Assembly (NCBI GenBank): GCA_902771635.1
Contig: CACXXW010000002.1
Span: 18,718-82,717, forward strand
Reading direction: 5' to 3'
Length of the DNA: 64,000 nucleotides
From: an uncultured Bacteroidia bacterium
GTDB lineage: Bacteria; Bacteroidota; Bacteroidia; Bacteroidales; F082
Position 1 is the first letter of the stretch, and every line of letters starts with the position of its first letter. Shown here piece by piece: positions 8,953 through 17,043 of this stretch. The notes beneath the pieces were generated by a model. It saw only the letters and a program-made list of their open reading frames with translations. It searched no databases and had not been told where the DNA came from. A program made the position numbers and the translations under genes.

Positions 8953-9672
8953 TCAGAAGTTGGGTTTGATGGCGTATTTCTTGTAGAAATCGGTGATGAC
9001 TTTAACCGCTTCATCCGCTGAGTCGACGACATGGAAGATTTCAAGGTCCTCTTCCTTGATCATGTGGTCTTCGAGCATGGTCTTGCGGAACCAGTCGATA
9101 AGGCCTTTCCAATACCTCTTTCCGACTAAGACGATGGGGAAGTCCACCATTTTGTTGGTCTGGACGAGGGTGATGGCCTCCGAGAGTTCATCGAGCGTGC
9201 CAAAACCACCAGGCATGGCGATATAACCTTGGGCATAGCGCATGAAGATGGTCTTGCGGACAAAGAAATAGTCAAAATTGATGGACTTGTCGGAGTCGAT
9301 GTATGGGTTGAAATGTTGCTCGAAAGGCAGGGTGATGTTCAGTCCAACGCTGGTGGCACCGCCTTCGTAGGCACCTTTGTTGCCGGCTTCCATGATGCCA
9401 GGGCCGCCACCCGTGATAATGCCGAACCCGAAATCAGCGAGCTTCTTGGCGATCTCAGTGGCCATCTCATAGTATGGGTCTCCTGGTTTGGTTCGGGCTG
9501 AGCCGAAAATGGCAACACAAGGCCCGATTTTCGACATTTTCTCCATGCCTTCCACAAACTCGGCCATAATCTTGAATACCGACCAAGAGTCGTGTGTCTT
9601 GATGTCGTTCCACGATTTGGGATGGAAACTGTTTCGAATGATTTCTTCTTCTTTTTGGGTGATAATTGGCAT
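8953..9672 (-). CDS. LOG family (TIGR00730) nucleotide phosphoribohydrolase
   Basis: GGGPGIMEAGNKGA and PGGFGTLDE motifs. Confidence 0.85.
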   Translation of the reverse strand: MPIITQKEEEIIRNSFHPKSWNDIKTHDSWSVFKIMAEFVEGMEKMSKIGPCVAIFGSARTKPGDPYYEMATEIAKKLADFGFGIITGGGPGIMEAGNKGAYEGGATSVGLNITLPFEQHFNPYIDSDKSINFDYFFVRKTIFMRYAQGYIAMPGGFGTLDELSEAITLVQTNKMVDFPIVLVGKRYWKGLIDWFRKTMLEDHMIKEEDLEIFHVVDSADEAVKVITDFYKKYAIKPNF

Positions 9673-9711
9673 AAAAAATCAAAATTTAGGATTCAAGATT
9701 CAAAAATTGTG

Positions 9712-9719
9712 TATTTTTG
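9712..9719 (+). promoter_or_regulatory. -7 box TATTTTTG for tRNA-Gly
   Basis: Lies 12 nt upstream of the tRNA 5' end. Confidence 0.5.
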
Positions 9720-9731
9720 CACCCGATAAAT

Positions 9732-9804
9732 GCGAATGTAGCTCAGTTGGTAGAGCATCAGCTTCCCAAGCTGAGGGTCGCGGGTTCGAACCCCGTTATT
9801 CGCT
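9732..9804 (+). tRNA. tRNA-Gly (anticodon CCC)
   Basis: Cloverleaf: acceptor gcgaatg/tattcgc, D-loop agctcagttggtagagc, anticodon stem tcagc/gctga with loop ttCCCaa, T-loop ttcgaac. Confidence 0.85.
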
Positions 9805-9817
9805 CGCGATAAACACG

Positions 9818-9854
9818 ATGTAGAGACGCGCCTTGGCGCGTCTCTACATTTTTT
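9818..9854. terminator. Bidirectional hairpin terminator (atgtagagacgcgcc/ggcgcgtctctacat + T5)
   Basis: A 15-bp perfect palindrome followed by ttttt. Sits between tRNA-Gly (+) and the convergent SPFH gene (-). Confidence 0.7.
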
Positions 9855-9860
9855 ATGGGT

Positions 9861-11138
9861 TTATTCCACAGGTGTGCCGCATTCAGGGCAGAACTTGCCC
9901 GTCACTTCGGTACCGCACTTCGGACATCTCTTTGGGCCTACTGTCGCCATGGGCGTACCGCATTCAGGGCAGAACTTGCCTGTGCTTTCCGCGCCGCATT
10001 TCGGGCATTTCATCATGGGCTTGGGAGCCGGAGCGGGCGTGCCACACTCGGGGCAGAACTTGCCGGTAATCATCGTGCCGCACTTCGGGCAGGGAACGCC
10101 TTTCGGGGCGGCTTGGCCACCTTGGTTGTAGGGGTCGTAGTTGGTCTGTTGGCCTTGGTTGTTCCAAGCATTCTGCATCGCACCACCGGTCATGCCGCCT
10201 GTGCCAGCATTCATCATGCCGAGGCCGATGAAGGCATTGCCAGCGCCAGCTTCGTTGCCGGCTGCGGTTTCCATGACGTCGATGATCTTGCCTTGCTGCA
10301 TCATCGAGTTGGAGCTGTATTCGTAACGGTCGATCTTCTGCTGGCTGGCATCGTCTAACGAGACCGATTCCACGGTGAAGCTGACCAAACGGATACCACG
10401 GGCACGGATGGGTTCATCGAACACGCGCTCGTCCATCACCTGTTTCATCTCATCGGTGTAGCTCGGGAGTTCGAGCACGGGAACACGGTGTTTGCTGTTA
10501 CCCATCTCGTTGAGCACATTCTGGAAGGCGGCAATCACCTCACTGCGCATCTGCTCGGTGATTTGGTTTTTCTTCACCACATTGGCCGTACCGGCATGAT
10601 TGCGCATGAAGATGGCCACGTCGTCGAGTCGGAAGGTGTATTTGCCATAGCAGCGCACATTGACGCCCATCGGGCTCAGTGAGCCGGTCATCTGGTTCGG
10701 GATGGCGTGCGACCAGTCCTGGAAGGGGATAGGCGTGGCAGTGCCGAACTTGTTGTCCAGAATCTCCTTGATGTTGAAGAAGAACACGGCCTGTTCCTTG
10801 GCGGGCGTGCCACCATAGGTGAAACGTTGCCACATCTCCTTGAAGACGGGACCAAACTGTCCGCCGAAGAAGGAGGGCGATGAGGATTGGTCGAAGGTGT
10901 AGACACCCTCCTCAGCCGTGGCGTCAAGCACCGAGCCGCTGTCGTAGATGACGGCCACTTGGCCGGGAGCCACGAGGATACGGCTGCCTTTTGAGATCTG
11001 ACCCGTCTTGGTGGTTTGCTTCACCATCAGGGTTTCCATGTCCATGTTGTCGCATTTGATTAGGTCTAACCATTGGTCTTTCAGAGTGCCGCCGATGGCT
11101 CCACCAACAGCGCCTACAATTTGTTTAATAAGTCCCAT
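9861..11138 (-). CDS. SPFH/band-7 domain protein with three C-terminal zinc ribbons (COG4260-like)
   Basis: N-terminus MGLIKQIVGAVGG, SPFH core, Gly/Gln-rich linker, then 3x CPKCG-x7-KFCPECGTP. Confidence 0.8.
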   Translation of the reverse strand: MGLIKQIVGAVGGAIGGTLKDQWLDLIKCDNMDMETLMVKQTTKTGQISKGSRILVAPGQVAVIYDSGSVLDATAEEGVYTFDQSSSPSFFGGQFGPVFKEMWQRFTYGGTPAKEQAVFFFNIKEILDNKFGTATPIPFQDWSHAIPNQMTGSLSPMGVNVRCYGKYTFRLDDVAIFMRNHAGTANVVKKNQITEQMRSEVIAAFQNVLNEMGNSKHRVPVLELPSYTDEMKQVMDERVFDEPIRARGIRLVSFTVESVSLDDASQQKIDRYEYSSNSMMQQGKIIDVMETAAGNEAGAGNAFIGLGMMNAGTGGMTGGAMQNAWNNQGQQTNYDPYNQGGQAAPKGVPCPKCGTMITGKFCPECGTPAPAPKPMMKCPKCGAESTGKFCPECGTPMATVGPKRCPKCGTEVTGKFCPECGTPVE

Positions 11139-11291
11139 AGTGTTGTTGTTTAATTGTTGATTTGTTTATTGTTGAAATGATAATTCGTCGTAGTCAATTG
11201 TTTTTGCTCCTGGCTCCTGGCTATTGGCTTCTGGCAGCTTTAACAGAGGTTGAAAGTGTTCTTTTATCTTGAAGCTGCCAGTAGCCAGTGG

Positions 11292-12206
11292 CTAATTTCG
11301 AGAATGGATATCCGTCAGCACCCAATCGTGTTCGCCGTTGGTGATGACGCTGCCGCAATAGGCGCATTGGCCAGAAGAGGTGACCTCGGTCGGGGCACCA
11401 CAGTTGGGGCAGTTGGTGATGGCGTTGCCTTTCTTGCCCGGGTCGGTCTTCAGGCCGGCCTTGCGGTTGAAGACCATTTCGTATTTCATGTACCAGTCGC
11501 GGTTGGGGTCGCTCTCCAGTACCTTCTTGGTGGTGTCATCGATGACGTAGTCGCGCATCACGGCATTGAGCGCCACGATCAGCACTTCCTTGTCGCCGTC
11601 TTGGGTGAACGATTGCAGTGAGCAGTGCTTGATGGCAATCTTTTCCACAACATTAGTTTTGCCGAGGCGGATGTATTCGTCTAATTGTTGTTTGTGGGTA
11701 TTGAACAAAGTCTCGCTCTCAAAGGGGCGGATGGGCTTCCAATCCTTGGCAGTCCAGGCGGCTTGGATGGTCATGAACACCTCACGGGCGAAACCGATGA
11801 ACTTGTCGGACGAGAAGGCTGGGTCGATGGCTTGGATTTGTGCAGCCACCGCAGCACTGTTGTCGAAGTTGAAGTCATTACTGGCCTGTTGGTTCACTCG
11901 CTGGTTGATGATGTTGGGGTCGGAAGCATGCTTCTTGGCCTTTCTCCTGCTGATTAAGATTATTACAACGATAATGACCAACGCGATTAAAGCTGGATAA
12001 CGTGTTTCTGGATTCGTTAAAAGACCGAGAAGGTAGCCTATGATCATTCCCCAGTCGCCGCCACCACCACTGCCGCCGCCGTCGCCACTGCTATAGCGGT
12101 TTTGGTTGCCAACGTCGGCGATGGCCATTGTGCAGCATAGCAGGGCTAAGACAATGAAAAGGAAAGGTAGGTATCGTCTTAATTTGTTGAAATCCAGTTT
12201 TTTCAT
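11292..12206 (-). CDS. Tim44-like domain membrane protein with C-terminal zinc ribbon
   Basis: N-terminal TM, GGGSGGGGD tract, second TM, Tim44-like core (FAREVFMTIQAAWTAKDW...), and NCPNCGAP...CAYCGS ribbon. Confidence 0.7.
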   Translation of the reverse strand: MKKLDFNKLRRYLPFLFIVLALLCCTMAIADVGNQNRYSSGDGGGSGGGGDWGMIIGYLLGLLTNPETRYPALIALVIIVVIILISRRKAKKHASDPNIINQRVNQQASNDFNFDNSAAVAAQIQAIDPAFSSDKFIGFAREVFMTIQAAWTAKDWKPIRPFESETLFNTHKQQLDEYIRLGKTNVVEKIAIKHCSLQSFTQDGDKEVLIVALNAVMRDYVIDDTTKKVLESDPNRDWYMKYEMVFNRKAGLKTDPGKKGNAITNCPNCGAPTEVTSSGQCAYCGSVITNGEHDWVLTDIHSRN

Positions 12207-12304
12207 AATGTTTATGCGTTGATGAGTATCTCATTAAACCCTACAAAAATAATGAAAAAGATTAAAAAAGTATAATTTTTTGCTGAAAAAAGCGAAAAAA
12301 AGCC

Positions 12305-12312
12305 TACTTTTG
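12305..12312 (+). promoter_or_regulatory. -7 box TACTTTTG for tRNA-Val
   Basis: Lies 18 nt upstream of the tRNA 5' end. Confidence 0.5.
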
Positions 12313-12330
12313 CAGCGCGAAAAAGCAAAG

Positions 12331-12405
12331 GGGAGCTTAGCTCAGTTGGTTCAGAGCATCGCCCTTACAAGGCGGGGGTCGTTGGTTCGAGTCCAACAGT
12401 TCCCA
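12331..12405 (+). tRNA. tRNA-Val (anticodon TAC)
   Basis: Acceptor gggagct/agttccc, anticodon loop ctTACaa, T-arm gttggttcgagtccaac. Confidence 0.85.
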
Positions 12406-12418
12406 CAAAAATGAAAAT

Positions 12419-12446
12419 AGCCCACTGTCAGTGGGCTGTTTTTTTA
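12419..12446 (+). terminator. Rho-independent terminator after tRNA-Val
   Basis: agcccact/agtgggct stem with a 3-nt loop, followed by gttttttta. Confidence 0.7.
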
Positions 12447-12489
12447 TGCCACAGAAGGCGTTCGTTCCTTTTATGTCTTCTCTTTTATG

Positions 12490-13482
12490 CTAAAACCTTG
12501 AAAATGTGCGGGAATGACTTGTTAGCATTTTACTCAAAGTCGCCAATGCAACAGGATGATGCTCTAAATGATTCATTTGTGGTCCAAATAACAATTGTGG
12601 CTGATAATCACATGATTGAAATCTTGCAATAAATTCCTTGTCTACTTCATCCATCTGCATTACTGATTTCACGTAATCGGCGACAGCAAGCTCTATCTTC
12701 TCTTTTGGGTATACACCCGCTTTGATTCGTAACATGGGCAGTAGCTGAGACCTGATTTTGCTGAAACTCATTTGCGTCAAGCCGTCAACATCCTTTTTCA
12801 ACCAATTGTTGTTGTTTTCATTGCCTATCGTGGAATAGAAAACAGCACACTTCCTCAACAAGGTTTTCTCTTCATTGCTTTTCAAAAGGTTTGACTGCGA
12901 AAGCGAATATAAATCATAAAGATCTCTTGGCTTAGTTCGCTCAAAGAAAGCTCCTATCTTGCTGCCGAAGATTTCAACATCCCGAAGGTGGAACACTTTG
13001 AGGGGCTGGTTGGGATTAAATGGATGGTTGATGGAAGATTCCACTGGCTGAAACACATGACAACGTGCTAAATAGTTGATGTCGAGTTTGATTTTGTCGC
13101 GACTGCCCGTAACGGTATCATAGAGCAACTCGTAAGAACACAAGGAATAACTCTCACGTTTGCCCAAAGTGTAACCTCGTTCAATGCAATAGGATGAAAG
13201 AAACAAATCCAATTGTTGCCGTAAAAGGAGCATTTCATCTTTGGAGCAGTCAATCGCTAAATCCAGATCCAGATCTACAGATAAGCGTGGCAAACTTGGA
13301 ATTAGTGCCAAATTGATTGCTGTACCACCTTTCAGAGCCAGTTTCCCCTTAAACGATTCGATTGTAGTTAGGTCATCGAGTATGCCACAAAGCCTGGTTA
13401 CTTTTTCAACATTGGTTGCCGTGAAGCTGTATTCATTGGCTATCGACGTGATTTGTTTTCTCGTCAATTCAATAGAGTTCAT
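12490..13482 (-). CDS. abiEii: AbiEii/AbiGii-family nucleotidyltransferase toxin (type IV TA / abortive infection)
   Basis: VEKVTRLCGIL...FKGKLALKGGTAINL...LPRLSVDLDLDL matches the DUF1814 N-terminal NTase signature. Overlaps the upstream gene by 4 nt. Confidence 0.8.
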   Translation of the reverse strand: MNSIELTRKQITSIANEYSFTATNVEKVTRLCGILDDLTTIESFKGKLALKGGTAINLALIPSLPRLSVDLDLDLAIDCSKDEMLLLRQQLDLFLSSYCIERGYTLGKRESYSLCSYELLYDTVTGSRDKIKLDINYLARCHVFQPVESSINHPFNPNQPLKVFHLRDVEIFGSKIGAFFERTKPRDLYDLYSLSQSNLLKSNEEKTLLRKCAVFYSTIGNENNNNWLKKDVDGLTQMSFSKIRSQLLPMLRIKAGVYPKEKIELAVADYVKSVMQMDEVDKEFIARFQSCDYQPQLLFGPQMNHLEHHPVALATLSKMLTSHSRTFSRF

Positions 13483-14189
13483 ATTCCTTTTTGGTGTTTG
13501 ATTGTTTTTGGTACACAGATTTTCCAGTATTTATCGTATGTATTACAGTCTTCATCGGGAGATAGGTAGCTGACATTGTTTCCCATCCAATCTTTGCAAT
13601 GATTGAAGAAATCGTCAGACAGCCCAAATTGGTTTTTATAAAGCGATAATATATACCCTGCTCGCTGATAGACGCTTTTCATAGGAACGGCGTCAAGGCA
13701 TTGTGTCATTTCGGCCTCATCAAGTTTGTCAATGCCAATCCAATCCAAAGCATTCATCAGTTCCTCTAAGCCGCCAGCAAGGTCGATATGACGGATGCAG
13801 TCGATGATGGTCTGGCTTAAGGATGTGACCCGAATCGGATAGTCCTCGTTGGTAAGGTCGGTATGGGGATTTACCAGATAATTGACGGGTTTGTAAATGT
13901 ATGTCTCGTTTAAATGTTCAAATGTCCGAAAAGGAGTAGTGCTATGGACATACAACCAGTTGAACGATTGAGTGTGAAGGGCATAATACTCCAAAGCCGA
14001 GTGATAGACCAGACATCCGTTATCCACTGCTTTACAAGCTATCATAAACTTGTCCGTTAGGTATGAAGGCACATATACACCCTTGCGCACATGAGAGAGC
14101 AATCCCCTTCGCATCCTGTTGTAAAGCCGTGATTTTCGTGTATTATAACATACCTCGTTGTCTGGTTTCAATAATGCTATTTCCGTCAT
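13479..14189 (-). CDS. abiEi: AbiEi-family antitoxin/transcriptional regulator
   Basis: N-terminal ...RMRRGLLSHVRKGVYVP (AbiEi_4-like) and position directly upstream of abiEii. Confidence 0.7.
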   Translation of the reverse strand: MTEIALLKPDNEVCYNTRKSRLYNRMRRGLLSHVRKGVYVPSYLTDKFMIACKAVDNGCLVYHSALEYYALHTQSFNWLYVHSTTPFRTFEHLNETYIYKPVNYLVNPHTDLTNEDYPIRVTSLSQTIIDCIRHIDLAGGLEELMNALDWIGIDKLDEAEMTQCLDAVPMKSVYQRAGYILSLYKNQFGLSDDFFNHCKDWMGNNVSYLSPDEDCNTYDKYWKICVPKTIKHQKGI

Positions 14190-14205
14190 CGCTTAAAAAT
14201 TTCTG

Positions 14206-14213
14206 CAAAGATA
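14206..14213 (-). promoter_or_regulatory. -7 box TATCTTTG for abiEi-abiEii
   Basis: Forward caaagata lies 17 nt upstream of the abiEi ATG. Confidence 0.45.
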
Positions 14214-14426
14214 TCACTTTTTGATATAATTGACAATATTTTTAAGCGTTTTTTTTTCTTTAGGCAGAATCTTAAAGCCACAAAATAGTGTCGATAATAG
14301 GTCAATAAGTCCTTTTCTTTACCACTTACCAACATGCTATTCTTTTGTTTTTGCCCTACCTTTCCTTCATCGGTTGACACGTGGTTGACACATGTGGGGC
14401 AAAATTAGTGCAAATATAGTGCAAAT

Positions 14427-14469
14427 AAAAAACCCTAACTCTGATTCTCAACGAGTTAGGGTTTGTTTT
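14427..14469 (-). terminator. Hairpin terminator downstream of tRNA-Glu
   Basis: aaccctaact(14431-14440)/agttagggtt(14454-14463) flanked by A and T runs. Confidence 0.65.
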
Positions 14470-14546
14470 TGGTAGTCTCTCCGGGATTTGAACCCGAGTT
14501 ACCAGGATGAAAACCTGACGTCCTGACCAGACTAGACGAAGAGACC
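14470..14546 (-). tRNA. tRNA-Glu (anticodon TTC), CCA encoded
   Basis: The reverse complement reads ggtctcttcgtctagtctggtcaggacgtcaggttTTCatcctggtaactcgggttcaaatcccggagagactacca. Confidence 0.8.
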
Positions 14547-14590
14547 ACTTCGTGTCATTTTTGACGCTGCAAAATGATTAGATTTTAACT

Positions 14591-15412
14591 TTATTCGAAT
14601 AAAAACGAGAATTGGAACATTTTGTTGTGCAATTGATCAATTGCTGTGGTGTAGATTGGCACTTCGCTCTTCACGACATCAAGCAAACCATAGCTCATTT
14701 TCACCTCGATGCCCATCTTAAACCATTGGTTGTAGAAGTCGAATCCAGCACCGATTTCAGCAGCACAGTCGACACGTTTGGTAACAAAGTTGGTGATTAG
14801 ATCAACTTCTTCTCCGCTGCTGTTGGTATATGTTATCAAATTCTTTTTTTGTGTCGCGAGGTCAAGTTTAGGGTTGATGCCTCCAAAGAGGTAGGCTCCA
14901 ATGTTGTTGTAGCGTTTCGAGCGGTATTTAATATTGAGCGGGAATTCGACAAACGTAGTGAAAATGGCTTTTTCCAAATATTTCATGTCTGGATCACCAC
15001 CAGCTTGGCTCCAAATGGCAATGTCATATTTCAGTTGGCGGTCACTGAAACTTAATGAAGGGATGAAGCGTAGGTCAAAATAGCGCCCCAAGCGTTTACT
15101 TCCAACGATACCTACGGTAAAGCCAGGTGTTTGCTTTGTCTCTATGTTATAAATAGTGAGACTCCTTGCATTTGAAAGTCCGAAAGGCACTAATTTGTCG
15201 AGAGAAGAATCGTATATTATTTCTTTGTTTTGATAATCTTCAACCGTTTTGATGGTGTACATCATCTGGTTATAAGCCAACAAAAACCCGAAATGATACG
15301 GCTCATTCTCGTATTTGGGCAGGTAGTGGATGACTCTCCTTTGGGCTTGGGCCGGGACGACCGTTGCGGCGAGCAACAATGCGACAGCCAGTATTTTCAA
15401 TGCTTTTTTCAA
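14591..15412 (-). CDS. PorT/SprT-like outer-membrane beta-barrel protein, paralog 1
   Basis: Signal peptide MKKALKILAVALLLAATVVPAQA, alternating beta-strand pattern, C-terminal ...MFQFSFLFE. Located downstream of ubiE, as I recall for porT/sprT in other Bacteroidota. Confidence 0.55.
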   Translation of the reverse strand: MKKALKILAVALLLAATVVPAQAQRRVIHYLPKYENEPYHFGFLLAYNQMMYTIKTVEDYQNKEIIYDSSLDKLVPFGLSNARSLTIYNIETKQTPGFTVGIVGSKRLGRYFDLRFIPSLSFSDRQLKYDIAIWSQAGGDPDMKYLEKAIFTTFVEFPLNIKYRSKRYNNIGAYLFGGINPKLDLATQKKNLITYTNSSGEEVDLITNFVTKRVDCAAEIGAGFDFYNQWFKMGIEVKMSYGLLDVVKSEVPIYTTAIDQLHNKMFQFSFLFE

Positions 15413-15478
15413 TGCTTTGTGATGTTTGAATGATAGTTTAACGTTATTTGTCTTTTTTTATTGCAGAGAAAGCCAAAA

Positions 15479-16300
15479 CTATTCAACCAATACCGAGACT
15501 TGGAACATCCTGTTGCGCAACCTGTCGATGGGAGCAGTGTAGATGAAGGCTGGGGCTCTGACAACGTCGAGCAGTCCTTCGCTTATTTTAACCTCAATGC
15601 CCAACTTTACCCATTTGGTATATAGGTCTAAACCAACTCCGAATTCAGCGGCACAATCGAAGCGTTTGGTAACAAAGTTGCCGATAAACTCGATCCAATT
15701 GCTGTCATAACCTATGCTGCGTTTTAGTGAGGCCAAATCAATTTTCGGGTTGATGCCGCCCATAAGGTAAGGGCTTACGTTGTTGTGGCGCAAAATGCGA
15801 TATTTGAGGTTGATGGGAAGCTCCACGAAAACGCTGTGGATGTTTTTGGTGAGTTCTTTTGTAGAGATGCTACCTTCAAGATCTTGTATGCCAATGCTAT
15901 AGTGAAGGCGGCGTTCGCCAAAGCTCATCGAAGGGATGAAACGAAGGTTGAAATGGCTACCAAGGCGTATGTTACTCGTGATACCGAGGGTGAAACCAGA
16001 CGTCAACAATGGCTCGATGTTTTGGACATAAAGGCATTGAGTATTTTGTATGTTATAAGGGCCACAAGGCCATGAGTCGGCAGGTAGGGCGATACTTTGG
16101 TAGTCATTCACCGTTTTTAGCGCAAAAGTCATTTCGTTGAATGCCAATAGGAAACCGAAATGAAAGGCTTTGTTGTCATAGTCGGGCAGATAGATTTTGC
16201 TGCTTGGCATAAGGTCGGTAGTATCTGACTGAGCTTTGGCGGTAATACCCGTTGTAAAGAGCAATATAGCGAAAGCAATGGCTTTCAGTGCTTTTTTCAT
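15479..16300 (-). CDS. PorT/SprT-like outer-membrane beta-barrel protein, paralog 2
   Basis: Start at MKKALKAIAFAILL (16300). Collinear with paralog 1, with many identical blocks (HFGFLLA, LRFIPS, GGINPK, FVTKR.DCAAE, GIEVK, GLLDVV). Confidence 0.55.
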   Translation of the reverse strand: MKKALKAIAFAILLFTTGITAKAQSDTTDLMPSSKIYLPDYDNKAFHFGFLLAFNEMTFALKTVNDYQSIALPADSWPCGPYNIQNTQCLYVQNIEPLLTSGFTLGITSNIRLGSHFNLRFIPSMSFGERRLHYSIGIQDLEGSISTKELTKNIHSVFVELPINLKYRILRHNNVSPYLMGGINPKIDLASLKRSIGYDSNWIEFIGNFVTKRFDCAAEFGVGLDLYTKWVKLGIEVKISEGLLDVVRAPAFIYTAPIDRLRNRMFQVSVLVE

Positions 16301-16347
16301 AATGTTTCGGTTTAAATCGGAACAAAAATAGAAAAAAAAGGAATATG

Positions 16348-17043
16348 CTACTCCTTTTCTGCAACATAAAGTGTGGCAATGCCCATCGTGAGCCGTTTGG
16401 TTTGGCATTTCCCTAAGCCAAAGGAAGCTAATGACGCGCTGAAAGCCTCGGGCTTGGGGAACTTTTCCACCGAAGCGGGAAGGTATGTGTACGCACCTTT
16501 GTCCTTTGAAACGATTTTCCCAATGAAGGGCAGCAAACGCTTGAAATAAAAACGGTAAAGCTGCTTCACGGGGAACCGTTCCGGCATCGAGAACTCCAAG
16601 ATGACGGCTTGCCCGCCCGGCTTCAAGACGCGGCTGATTTCAGAAAGGCCTTTGTCCAAATCCTCGAAGTTGCGCACGCCGAAGGCCACCGTGACGGCAT
16701 CGAAGCTGTTGTCCCCAAAAGGCAATGCCGCCGCATCGCCAAGGCACAATTCGATTTGGCTTTCCATCTTTCGTTGGGAGACCTTGGCCTTGCCGATGTC
16801 GAGCATCTTCTCCGAGATGTCCATGCCGATGATATGGGCCTGAGGGTTCCATTTCGCCAAGGCGAGGGCCAAGTCTGCCGTGCCCGTGGCAAGGTCCAAA
16901 ATGGCTTTGGGCTGGCTTTTCGCGACGGCTTTGGCGGTCTTTCTCCGCCACACCTTATCTATATTTAAGGAGAGCAGGTGGTTGAGCGCATCGTACTTAG
17001 GCGAGATGCGGTCGAACATGGCGGCGATGGGGGAGATGCTCAT
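16348..17043 (-). CDS. ubiE: Demethylmenaquinone/ubiquinone C-methyltransferase
   Basis: YDALNHLLSLNIDKVWRR and the SAM motif ILDLATGTADLAL. Confidence 0.85.
   Translation of the reverse strand: MSISPIAAMFDRISPKYDALNHLLSLNIDKVWRRKTAKAVAKSQPKAILDLATGTADLALALAKWNPQAHIIGMDISEKMLDIGKAKVSQRKMESQIELCLGDAAALPFGDNSFDAVTVAFGVRNFEDLDKGLSEISRVLKPGGQAVILEFSMPERFPVKQLYRFYFKRLLPFIGKIVSKDKGAYTYLPASVEKFPKPEAFSASLASFGLGKCQTKRLTMGIATLYVAEKE

Noticed and set aside
9861-10100. 81/84-nt periodic DNA repeat considered as a possible CRISPR-like or tandem array
   Set aside because: The repeats are in frame within the SPFH gene and encode three zinc-ribbon modules. There are no spacers or leader, and there are no cas genes in the window.
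9488-10358. + strand ORFs 9488-9823 and 9855-10358
   Set aside because: The first runs across tRNA-Gly and its promoter. The second is antisense to the zinc-ribbon repeats, and its Ala/Arg/Gly-rich product is a frame artefact.
14186-14380. 64-aa minus-strand ORF upstream of abiEi
   Set aside because: It lies upstream of abiEi in the low-complexity, Lys-rich promoter region, overlapping only 4 nt of the gene's 5' end. It has no motif and is probably non-coding.
12406-14469. Calling the AbiE islet (and the 2538-4815 cassette) a mobile element
   Set aside because: No integrase, transposase, terminal inverted repeats or duplicated tRNA or tmRNA fragments were found, so only a repeat or island description is justified.
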